DNA of 63,987 nt, the filler included, from Choristocarpus tenellus KU-1152 (Eukaryota; Protista; Phaeophyceae): assembly GCA_964200185.2 (NCBI GenBank). It is 13 parts of 13 records of this genome, joined end to end, with 100 filler letters (N's around TTAATTAATTAA, not from the genome) between each part and the next. Parts side by side here need not be neighbours in the genome. Positions count along the whole stretch, not along the records: positions 37,677 to 41,595 come from CAXNAD020017145.1; positions 41,696 to 45,840 come from CAXNAD020015995.1; positions 45,941 to 56,682 come from CAXNAD020002745.1; 10 more parts are not named here. One strand, 5' to 3'. This document shows positions 39,197 to 51,000 of this stretch, one piece after another. The position numbers and the translations under genes were made by a program. The notes under the pieces were generated by a model. It worked only from the letters and a program-made list of their open reading frames with translations, was not told the DNA's origin and made no database searches. Position 1 is the stretch's first letter; every line of letters begins with the position of its first letter.

Positions 39197-39856
39197 GTAT
39201 ACAACATGTGGAAAGAAAGGGTTATCGAGTAGGTGGACTTCGCAAGAATTCGTTGGAGGTGAGACGGATCATGTGGTTGGAAGAGGAAAGAGTGAAGTGT
39301 GTATCAATAGTGGGAATTTGGGGTGTTTCCGAGTCCACATCAGAGGCGATAGAATAATCAAGTCGAGATATTATGGGCAATCCCACGTCCCAACACGTAC
39401 AGAAACGTATGGCGAAGTTCAATCCTGTGAAGGTTCTCTGCATACCTAGGCAAGAGTGGGGGCAGGAACGCAATCACTGGATCTTCGAGTCATCTCGTCC
39501 AGGAAGGAGGAACCAAGTCTACCCACAAATATCTCCAACTATCCAGCACACACACAAATATACAAATACACAAAACGCTCACCTTCCTTTCGCACCCCCC
39601 ATACTGCACTCGACCTGCTATCTTGGGCCTTCTGTAAACTCAGTCACAGTTGTGTGTGTACCTTCCATCCCCAAGTCAACTTCGCCCGTACAATTATACG
39701 GACCATTCATTGTATAAGGGGTTGAGGCTTTCTCATCCCCTCACAATAACACCACTACTTCTCTGTTGCACATCTGCTTCTGCTTGCAAGTAGAAGGTGC
39801 AGAAGAAAGAGAGAGCACTATTGAGTGCTCAGCATCTAGGGTGAAGTAGATTGAGA

Positions 39857-40918
39857 ATGCCGCCTAAACGAGGTAAGAAGGGGAAACGTCGGGGGGATGA
39901 GTCCTCTGATGACGAGCCCCCTTCTCAAGGCTTGATCCATGCGATAGATGAAGATGAGGGTGGCAAAGCAAGTAAAGGTGGTGTCAAAGGTGCACCTTCT
40001 GGTGAAGGAGAGGTAAAGAAGGTGCCGAAGAAGACAAAGAAGAAGCGGGGGAAGGGGAGAGGAGATGACGACTCTGATGATGACGACACGGACATGCTTG
40101 ATCCCCTTGCCCACCTGCGTGGAGCTGGAGGTAGGAAGGCGATGGTGGTAAGCGATGAGGAGGACGATCGCCCAAAGAAGCCTCTGACCAAGAAAGAGAA
40201 GCGACGCCTTGAGGAGCAACGTCAGAGGGAACAGAAGGTGCGCTGGTTTGTGACTGCGCTTGCTTCTTCGCAGGGCCAAGAACTAGTTTTGTTACCTACT
40301 TGCAAAATATGCAACTCTTTCCTTCCCACTTTCATATGCATGTACATATTTGCTTGTGTGTTGACTTGTGCTTGCGGAACTAAAGAAACAGGCACCGGCG
40401 ACCTTCCCCAACTGATTATACTTGGCACCGCAACGCAATAAATGTAGTCGAATTTTGGCACGATGTGATTGCTCTCCCAAGAGACGTAGGAGACGCTATT
40501 TCTTCCTGCGTACCATCTCAGAGAACGACTTCCATCTCCTGATCTATTGGAGTATGGCTACAACACCTACTTTCAAAGTATCTCTATGCTGTAATGACCC
40601 TAACCCCTTCCTGACCATCTCAGCTCGAGCCTTATATACTGAAACATTATCGTCTTACATGAGCTTAATCCTCACCACATACTCTGCTCAGTGCTCTTCT
40701 CCCCTCTGTGCCACGAAATTCAGGCCGCCCAAGTTGATGAGGAGGAGGAGAAACAGGGAGGGTCAGACTTGGAAGAGGTTGGGGGTGTAGAGGACGCTGT
40801 TAAGGAGGATCAGACTTCGGCGTCGTCTGCCAAAGCAGCGGATGCTGCGGTCGAGGATGAAGATCTTCCTGGCTCAGAGAGACCAAAGAGAAGCAAGGAC
40901 AAGAAGAAGAAAAGCAAG
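39857..40918 (+). CDS. First two exons of a Lys/Asp/Glu-rich N-terminus (eIF5B- or ABCF1-like)
   Basis: Exons 39857-40237 and 40724-40918 (phase 0, GT-AG): MPPKRGKKGKRRGDESSDDE...KKPLTKKEKRR. No catalytic domain on this contig, so the family is a guess. Confidence 0.65.
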
Positions 40919-41987
40919 GTAACCTCCTACATTATACGTTCGTGGTAGGATGCATTGTAACTGAATCGTCTTTGGTCTCCTTCAGCACCAGAGCAGACAG
41001 AGTCATGCTTAGCCCTTCCCCGCTATAAGTAATTTCGAGTGTGTATTGACTAAACAAGATCATTGTGTATCACACGGACTGTTGTGTGGCATGGTTGGAG
41101 GTTCGCAGGGGTGTGGATAAATGTATCCTTGCTTGTTGTAGTCCCTCCTTCTGGCATAAAGAGGCAATGTGGACAAAGGATGAAGGCACTACATATGTAA
41201 TGAAGGCACTACACTACATTTTGTTGCACCCGAGTACGACGCACCAGAGTCTAATTTTCTACTGCACCCAGTGTTGATAAGGCTCACCATGTCCAGAGAT
41301 TATGACCCCCAATGAACCCAGTTTGTGTTGAAGCCCCTCGTTGTGCCAATACACAGGAGTCGAAGCAGTCCAATTTTTCTTGCTCCTGACGATCACTTCA
41401 TGCCGGTGATTTTGTCTTGCGTTAATGTACAGAGAGCAGCATATGCCCTTGCCTTGGTTTGTTTACCAATGCTGTGCTTGAATTACCTTCATTATCACCC
41501 CTTCCCCAAATACTTCTACACCTTGCGTCCCAATTGAACCTATTCACAGCCAGCTATGGCTCGACTCCTCCACTGCAGCAGCTGCCACCCCCCTCNNNNN
41601 NNNNNNNNNNNNNNNNNNNNNNNNNNNNNNNNNNNNNNNTTAATTAATTAANNNNNNNNNNNNNNNNNNNNNNNNNNNNNNNNNNNNNNNNNNNNATTAA
41701 AAAAGGGGCCCATAAAAAAGGGCCACAACATTTACAAAAAAAAACATATCGGCACTTTTTCCACACCATTTTCGGTCAAAACTATCCTCAATAAAAAGCT
41801 CCATACTCAATTTTTAAAATCCACTGTTAGTTGTTTGATATGGTATTGGTGTAAAGAGTTAATATTGATGCGATATGTTTATTATGTCGTATCAAATATT
41901 GTGTCAAATGATACGGCATGATATCCTGAAAAATATTGAATAAATGTCCAGATTTCTCAACCCTTCTACAAACAATTTTGGACCCAA

Positions 41988-42128
41988 AGTGTCCATTTGG
42001 ATCAAAATCAGGAAAAGTGCATTTACAGTATCCATCCGACGTATGCAAACCAAATCACCCAAAAAAAAAAAAAAGAAAAAATTGACCCCAAATGGACAGC
42101 CGCCACTCCCTCCCAGATACTTTGAGCC
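41988..42128. mobile_element. MITE family II (partial, reverse)
   Basis: GTGTCCATTTGG ... CCCAGATACTTTGAGCC. Confidence 0.85.
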
Positions 42129-43130
42129 TTGACTTTTTTCTACTCCAGTAGTTCTTAAGAACACGTGGATGGAATGGACGAGTACCTTTGAGGTTCTTTC
42201 GTTTGGGTGTAAACGACGAAAACTTATAGCAAATGGGATATAATAGTCAGCCTGTCATACATCAGTTGGAATGAACACCTTGTCGCAATGTTTATTCGAG
42301 TGGGTGGCATTCATATAGACGATGAATGCTTGAGAGAGGGTTGAAGAGTTAGTTGTCGCATAGACACTTCTGCGGGTCAATACTTCTTCTGCGTTTTAGG
42401 TCTGCTTTAAAACCACCGCATGTGAGGGTTGTGCAAGTTCCTTCCATACCCAAGTATCAAAAGTCATCCTCACACGAGCACGGCACCACAATGTTATCAA
42501 CTACATGCCCAGACCGGCGCTTGCACTTGGCAGTGACTGTATTGCCTGGAGAGGATAACGATCATTCAGATGTATCTGGGGTGACCTGTGCAGGCAAATA
42601 ATTTCGTTCCACAACTTACACAACTCTCCAAAAACCTCCTCCTTCTCCTTCCACCATTGAGGGGACCACCAAGCTCCTTCACCACATCCACTGGTTGCTT
42701 ACAATGTTACACCTCCAGTTGGTATTTCAGTTTGTCCTCGTGGTCGTTGATTTCCAACCATGCCCTCATGTGGGCACTTCCCCCACCTCAAACTCTAAAG
42801 GAGAGCACCCACCTGGTGTGTGAGACGTCTTGGTCGCCATCTTGACCAACATAGTCGTGCTAAACTGCTGGTTGCTCTCATCATTACCACAGGAGGACTC
42901 TCCCACCTCAAGGTCACATTTCTCAACAAGATATTTAGTCATCGACTTGGAACGAGGTCTTCCATCTACATGGATGGGCTTAGGGTAGAGTTGTTCCTGA
43001 TACGTTGTTTTCTCTCTGTTAGCTTAGGTCTACCTTGCTCGTCTCATCCCAGATATCGCACTGACTACCAGGTCCCACCTGAGTGACACAACTGAAGTAT
43101 TCATGTATTGGTACATACTCCGAAGTAACA

Positions 43131-45347
43131 AGGTGGTACAAGTAGCTTCCCTCTCTGTGGCAATCGAGATTTTTTTCACCGGAACACCACAACAGTTATA
43201 CAACAATGAATATATCAAATGAAAGGGTATGACAAGACCTTTTGATGGTTTGTATCCATGAGAATCTCCAGGCTTCAGGGAACGGGACCTATGTCCCGAT
43301 CTAAGAATGGCAAAAGCACAAGGGAACATCTCTGGTGCAATTTGGAGGGTCAAGAATTCACAACGGACAAAAATGAAGTGGTTGACCGAGCTCCTTGCAA
43401 ACACCTGGTCCGGGGTACATCTCTGCCCAAGTTTGACCTGTGTGGTGCTACCAAGAAAAAACTCCAAGATTTCCAGACATCTTTTTAACGCCTTTTGCAG
43501 ACTTTCTGTGAGCACACACACACGTGACCTACACAGCAACATGAACCACAACGATCAGACAAGGAGAGTCGCCGAGACCACTCTGCCCCCTGGATCTATC
43601 CTCGGCACCTTCTCTATCGAGAGGCGGCGGAAAAGCAAGTACCGTATGACACTCAGTGCGATGTTAGGGGACGAGAAAGTTCGAGTAGTGTGGTGCAGCA
43701 GCATGATCGAATCGTGAATCATGGGGCCGCGACACTGACGCTGAGAAAAGATGCATTGAAAGCATTACCACATAAACGTAGTTGGATCTTCAACCACATC
43801 GGAGCACTGCTCTGCAGTCTCTGCCACCTCGGGAAAGCAGGAAGAGAGCGGTGAGTCCGTCACCAGGTGGTACAGTGACGAAGCCTGTGGGGAATCCTGG
43901 TCATGGTGGGCGAAGGGAGAACCGGGGTGGCCGGCAGAAGGGAAGGTTGGGGAAGAGAGCAGTGCGACTGCGTGCCATTGCGCTCAGGAAAAGACTAAGG
44001 AAAAACCCAGGTGTAGAACATCTTAGTAGTCGACAGTTGCAGCAGGCCCTGGCTGTTTGGAAGCTGTGTGAGCCGGAGTGACTTAAGGAACGAGAAAGAA
44101 GGTGTTTGGGTTGGGCTACAATGGCTCTGAAGCCCCTGAAAGGTCAAAAAGTGCTCGCAAGAGGGAGGAGAAGAGTCGAAGTATCTTAGAGGGTAGAGCC
44201 GTGTCCATTTGTTGGTCAAATCCAATGCTGCGATATTGATGACATTTTGGCTATGGTATTTGATAGGAAGTGTCAGTATCCTTGTTCCAGACACAAGTTT
44301 TCATAACGTACACATTTTACCCCCTCTGAACCATTTCGGGGTAGGAAAGTGTAAGAAAAATCCCGTGCGAACCCAAGCCCCAAACGGACAAATAGGGCAA
44401 AACTCATACCCTCTAAGATACTTTCACTCAGAAAGCAATCGTAACAAAGGCAGCTGTTCAGACTTTCAATACCACCAAATCCTTTACTTAGAAGAGGTCG
44501 CGAAGCAAGGTGGAGGTAGCCATTGACGAGGATACCAGGGAAGAAGAGGTGGTGAGATTGAGACTATTTTCACACCAATGCTTTGGTGTCTCCCACTTCT
44601 TGCAAGATGCCGTACATTCACTTTTGTTCCTGGACTTGGGGTTGGACGTATAAAGCTGATTGAGGCTTTCTCCCTGCCTGCATTCGTCGGAGAAATCAAC
44701 GCAAGTTTTGATCAACTCAAGCCTGTCCTCCCTCGCCCTTGCGCCTTGATGATAAAATATCACCTGAACAGGAAACACGGACAACGCCTATTTCGGTCGC
44801 TCAACGAGGAAATGTGATAGTAAAGGCTCTAACACTGCGAATCCTGTACGTGCATAAACGACGGGAAAGACCGTCAAACGGTGCTCGAGATGGCAACAGG
44901 ATATGCGATGGTAAGGTCGGAACCTGTGAGAAAATGGGAGAGATACTTCATAACTAAGGGCCACGTCAAGGTGTCAGAGCAAAAGGGCGCTATGAGAAGC
45001 GTTTCGTTCAGGGCGTCAATGAGGACATCCTTGTCGAGGTCAAAGAGTGGGTGTGCGAACACACAGGAAGAAAGGGTGGGGAGGCTTTTTTCCCGTGTGA
45101 ACCCTATACTTTAAGCAAGTAATAGTGCATCATCTGTTGCGACTCTTGGTGACCTAAAATCCACGGTTCGAATCCCATATGAGCGCTCTTTCTTCAAAAG
45201 ACAAAATAATGGCGAAAAATAGACACCAAGCCCATACTCTGGAGGGGCCTTGAGAGCCTTGTGACGGGCATCACGAATATGCTTTTATTTTTTCAATCCG
45301 ATGTCTAAATCAAAAGTTGTGACGGGACAACCCCACTGATACCACTA
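43131..45347 (+). mobile_element. Near-complete non-autonomous IS630/Tc1/mariner-like element (long form) with decayed N-terminal transposase ORF
   Basis: Left end GTGGTACAAGTAGCTTC and right end ACTGATACCACTA|TA are inverted. A broken ORF runs about 43560-45085 and includes RGGR.KG and VRKWER.F..KG. A MITE is inserted at 44173. Confidence 0.78.
44173..44429. mobile_element. MITE family I with 4-bp TSD AGAA
   Basis: AGAA|GAGTCGAAGTATCTTAGAGGG ... CTTTCACTC|AGAA. Removing the MITE and one AGAA restores the host reading frame. Confidence 0.92.
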
Positions 45348-46117
45348 TACCACCTGTTGTAGTTGGATGATAAGTGATAGAAGGTTTTTCCTTGCATTTG
45401 TATGTGAAAGGGTATCTCTTGGGGCGAATGGAAATGAGAGGGGGTAGAATTCTGTCATTTTTGACAGAATCTGTCGAACTCATAACAAAACGTTCCGAAA
45501 TGAAAATCAATGTATTTATTATTATACGATTTTTGATAATATTTTTTTTTATTTTATATCAGAGTATCAAATCTCATCAAGAATTATTATGTTCTTGATA
45601 TCACATGTGTCGGTAACTATTTTGGATATACCGTACATAAAAATGACAACTTGATTTCAGACCCATTACTTTGAAGGAGTGACCGACCTTTCAATAAACA
45701 GCCGATTTCAAAAATGGAGGATGGAGCTTTTCATTGAGGATGGGCTCGACCCAAAATTGACTGAGATAAAGTGTCGATATGATTTTTTTGCATTGTCATT
45801 TAAAACAAAAAACGTATCTACACTTTATCCCAGTCAATTTNNNNNNNNNNNNNNNNNNNNNNNNNNNNNNNNNNNNNNNNNNNNTTAATTAATTAANNNN
45901 NNNNNNNNNNNNNNNNNNNNNNNNNNNNNNNNNNNNNNNNTCTTTTCTTTTTATCCCAATATCAACCCATCGGTGTCATCCCCCCCCCCCCCCCCCCCCC
46001 CAGATACTTTGGGTCAAAAGAGGTGGAGATCGCTCGCTTGTTTCAAAAAGAGTGCATTGTGCGACCAACTTAGTGATCCATTTTTGATGTGTCTGGAGAA
46101 ATTGGCACAAGACTTTC

Positions 46118-46297
46118 GGCTCAAAGTATCTGGGAGGGGGTGGCGGCTGTCCATTTGGGGTCAATTTGTTCATGTCGCGATTTTTTTGTGATTTGGTTGC
46201 TTACATCGGATGAATACTGTAAATGCACTATTCCTGATTTTGGTCCAAATGGACACTCTGATGTAGACCCCCTCCTCCCTCTCAGATACTTTGGGTC
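46118..46297. mobile_element. MITE family II, full copy, TSD TTC
   Basis: TTC|GGCTCAAAGTATCT ... AGATACTTTGGGTC|TTC. Another family II end lies at about 45980-46015. Confidence 0.9.
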
Positions 46298-47146
46298 TTC
46301 CGGGATGCATTTTATGTCACACGAATCTCATATTTTGATCTGACTTCGAACCATTACGTAAGTCTTGATCTGCAGGTTGGATGGTATATATAATACCACT
46401 TTTGATATCTGCGGATACTTGAATATCAGAACGTTTACAGTGGTAGGCGGTTGTGATGCCGGGGGTAGAAGGGTGTTGCATAACTTCCAACTGACATTTT
46501 CCGTAAAACTTATAGTACCACTATAGAGCGAGAGCTGAGCAAGTTCATTTTGAAACAGTAGGTTCTAATTCATGTTTCATGCCAATTTATTGAATAATGA
46601 GCATGAAGTGATAATACCTTCTGATAGCCTCAGTCTATGATAGGACTGGTATGTAGGAATCATTCAGGGTATCTGTGAATGTATTTGTGGCAGAAGGTGT
46701 GTGATTAGTTTGATGCTTGACTGGCAGCCAATGGTCAGTTGTCACTTTGAAAATTTACATGGTTGGAGGTATGATATGGTGGTACAAGGTTTGCTCGTCG
46801 TGCCTTACATTGCCAATGGCTTCATTTCTTAAAGTTTTCCATTCCATCCAAACAAACTTTCAATTTATGATCAATACTGCTGATGAAGTCAATAATGTAC
46901 TAAAGATATTTTTTAAGAATTATTGGTGGAGATCAATAAAGCTGCACGGTTAAAGTCACTTGAAGCTGCACACTGCAACCTCAACAGGATAATACAAATA
47001 ATAATATACTTCAATTACATGAAGTAATTAATACAATTAAAAACGGTGATAATAATAGTGACAATAACAATAAGAATAGAAACAATCCCACACCTCACAG
47101 GATCGAGTGTCGAAAATTGTATCAAAATATCTCCACATGGTATTCG

Positions 47147-47912
47147 TATACACTCCTCTATCCCATAAGCCTGTATTGTTATGGTTTTTTGTTAATAGCT
47201 TTTCAAAATTTCAGATTTTGTTCTTTCAGAAGTTGCAAATAATATCGTTCGAAAGACAACAACTTCGGCTTGGACTTAGATATCTTCGAACTATTTTATA
47301 TTCCGAAGTGGTTGAGGAACGGATCCCTGAACATTTTTGTTTTTTCGGAAAAAAAGACTTAGCAAGAGCAGCAAAATCGGGCAAAAGTGGTTGGAAAGTA
47401 TGGTTAATCGGCCATAGCGTCTCAACGAGATGTCCGATGAAGACACGGTTAGTCGCATTGGATTTCTTGGCATTTTGGCAATAGATTAATGCCTCGTCAC
47501 TCTCATTCTTCCCTCAATCCACCAAGTTATGATCGCATTGTACGCGTCTCTCAAGAGAGAGTGAGTAGTGACGAGTAACTGATTAAATGAAAAAAAAAAA
47601 AGGAAATCCAACGCAACGAACCGCGTCTTCATCAGAGGTCTCGTTGAGATGTTATGACCGATTAACCATCATTTCCAGTCACTTTTGACCGATTTTCATT
47701 TTTGCTAAATCTGCCATTTCCGAAAAAACATTTGTGTTCAGGGCACGGTTTCTCAATCATTTCGAAATGAAAAAATATTTTGAAGATATCTATGTGCAAG
47801 CCGAATTTGTTGGCTTTCCAACGATATTATATGTAGCTTCTGAATCCAACATTTAAAAAAACGTTATTCACAAAACACCATAACGATGCAGACTTATTGG
47901 ATGGAGGAGTAT
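47147..47912. mobile_element. Foldback/MITE with ~310-bp imperfect inverted arms
   Basis: 47147-47466 is inverted relative to 47602-47912; termini TACACTCCTC / GAGGAGTATG. Confidence 0.82.
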
Positions 47913-48016
47913 GCCTCCCACGAAAATATTAGTCCAACACTGTCCAGCAGTCCTGCCAGACCGGAACAAAAGAGACCCCTGAAGCCACTCAAAAACTGCC
48001 CACCCCAGAGGTTTAG

Positions 48017-51000
48017 CTGGTGCTGCTGACCCACACCTGGATCCGACACCTGCAGTGGAAGCAAAAGTTTGGGGAGAAGACGAGACTGGAAAACGGCTCT
48101 ATGTGGGGAGAAGACCTACCTGTGTGGTCGGACGCCTTTTGCCAGGTAAAGAGAACTCCTATGCATGGAAGGTACATAGCATGTAACAGGTATGAGAAAC
48201 ATATCTAGGACCCAAATCATTTAAGAGGGCAAGAGTGTTGCCCTGTTTGTCTGTTTGGGGCTTGGCTTCCCACGGGGTTCTTTATGTCTGTGTGAACACA
48301 GTCACCTAAAATTTGTAGGACTATGAACGGTGTGTTCGGAGCAAGGATATTGACACTTCCTAACAAACAAGATAGTCAAAATTACGTCAAAATTGCAACA
48401 TTGGATCCATGACCTCAAACGGACCTTGGCCCTACCCTCTAAGATACTTTGGGTCTTGGAGTGCTGTGTACAGGCGATGGACAGGATACAGTTTGTTCAA
48501 CTGGTACAATTGATGCTTCCCGATTATTATAATTGTTACTATCATCATTATTATTATTATTATCTTTACTTTTGTCTGGGGACAATCCAGAACCGTGGTC
48601 AGAGGCACTACATATTTCAGAGCCTCATTAGCTCACTTGGATGGGAATGTGTAGTTCTAACCCTAACCCTAACCAAGACTGTAGGTTGATGATGCGGCTT
48701 GAAGAGGGAATGTGTAGTTCTAACCCTCAAGACTGTAGGTTGATGATGCGGCTTGAAGAGGGAATGTGTAGTTCTAACCCTCAAGACTGTAGGTTGATGA
48801 TGCGGCTTGAAGAGGGCAACTCAAAATGAATGGATACACAACATCTGAACAAGATCAGTCAGACTGTGGTTTTAAAAAGACATGTACAAACTAATGTACT
48901 GACTAATGCACTAACTGCTGCACTAGGACTAGTTGTACTGCCTCTGTTAGCGCCTTGCCTCTCACCCATTGGGTTCAGCGACCCGGACCCCATTGCTCCT
49001 CACTCTACCTCCTCCCTCTAATCTTTTGTTGGACAAGCTTCAGTATCACCCAGTAATGAATCATTGCCACCTCACATTCTGTGCCAGTCGTTTTTTGGTG
49101 TTGCCAGAAATAGCATAGAAAACTTGTACAATCCATAGTGATTGCAGCGTGGACTTCGGACAGTCGAAATCAGATTTCCATGAACAGAAATTTGGTGTTG
49201 GAGTTCGAATCCCCAACATTCACAAAGGGAAACCCCCCCATTAACTACTGAGTCAAGAAGATAATCATGTCATCCTGGACTACCAGATAGGGCAATTGAC
49301 GGTGCACGAGAAGACGTGATCTTGGAGGGCTGGCTCTATTCATAGGACAAAAGAGTGTGTAAGCCCTCCAGCATGTCCTAATAGTGTTGGTCCTAGCCAG
49401 AAGGAAGGAGGAGCTTTGAGTGGTGGTCCCATTAATAATGCCTTAATGAAAATGAATTACCAAAGATGGCAATGGAAGAATGTCCTCCAATGAGCTATGT
49501 GTTTTATTGCTCTTTAGGGTGCATGTAAGAGGCTAGGACCTGCTGTTGGTGTAGCATATTTCTCACCCTACCCTGTAGTGCAAGGGAATACTACCTTGTC
49601 ACTTCGGCTCTGCAATTTTCAGTGTGCTTTGTTCGGGAGGCTGTATTGATTTTATTCCTCCACTCGAACAACTCATTGCAGCTTTTGATTTAAAAAATAT
49701 GTGATTCTCACTGATGCCCGAGTCTGCTCTCCTAGTTTAATTTGTAAGGTCACAGCACGAATGCATCTGTTTATTCACTGTGACGAATAGATCAATTTGC
49801 TGGAGTGAATTGTGATTTTGTCTTCATACTGCATCACCTACTACACTATTGATTTGTTTATGTACAATAATATTTAAAACATTAAGTTGTATATATTCTT
49901 GGGATGAAAAAATCAATAGGGACTATTAGAACCCTATTACTAAGTAGTAGAATTATTGGGTTTAGTTGAATGAAATCAATAGAGTGTCTTTCACCCATCT
50001 TCTCCCTTATTTGCTTTAGGAAAAATATCGCGCACACATTCACATGAGAGAAATGAAAGAAAAAATCTACCATAGAGTATAGCTACAGCAATGTCATTTT
50101 GTTTTATTTCATATACCCTGGCATATGATTACAGATAGGGTCAATGAAGTTCAAGACCCTCTCTTCTACCCGTCCTGTAGGTTTATGCTGGTGTATGTAC
50201 GTAGATAAAAGTATTAAAAAGTGAAAAGGTCAGACATAATATTTGCCCATTAATAGCATGTGTTTGTTCTACATAACAATAGTGAAGTGTGGATATCTCC
50301 TATTTGCAGAGAGGAGAATATGCATGCATGTATGCGTTGTATATGTAATCATCGTTTCATGTGAAAAAAATAACTTTTATGCCCCTCTTACACGTTTAGT
50401 AGGAGCTTTAGGGTCTTGACAGAATGAATGTACATTATTAGATGAGAATGGAAATCGATGCGCATTTCGATAACCTGGTCAAGTGTTTGTGGCAATGTTT
50501 AAGAACTTATATGGACTACAAGAGAATTGCTTCACATTCGGGCTTACTTTGTCGACATGCGTTTTAGCATACAGGATTTGTTAATATTTACATCTTCAAA
50601 GCTTCCTATGTCATTAGTGGAAAGTTGCTTGCGGAGCTCCGTTGGTAGAGCGCGGCTCTGATAAAGCCGAGGTCCCGGGTTCGAGCCCCGGCGTGAGTAT
50701 GTATTTTCGATGTTGCATCTTTTTAGGGGCAACTCTATTAACTCGTAGAGTGAATTACAACTGTAGCAAATACCAATTAACTGTAAGACAACAACCAGTT
50801 GTACTACCTCCGTTCGAGCCTTCCTTCGCTGGTCGTTGATCTGTACCCAACCCAGAATCTTGTTCTGGATCAAATAAAATTAACCGTTATACAATGACCA
50901 GTTGTACTGCTTCCGTTCGAGCCTTCCTTCGCTGTACCCTACCCCCAATCTTGTGCTGGATCTGTCTATGCATTTTTCTCCTCACACGAGTCTGACCGCC

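Noticed and set aside
38784-39449. 221-aa plus-strand ORF (likewise 39836-40279 minus and 4199-4498 plus)
   Set aside because: Antisense shadows of better-supported exons.
48643-48816. CRISPR-like array or repeat-peptide ORF
   Set aside because: Units are contiguous with no unique spacers, the context is a eukaryotic intron, and no cas genes are present.
49195-49220. Isolated B-box-like GAGTTCGAATCCC (also near 36120)
   Set aside because: No cloverleaf or A-box could be built around it.
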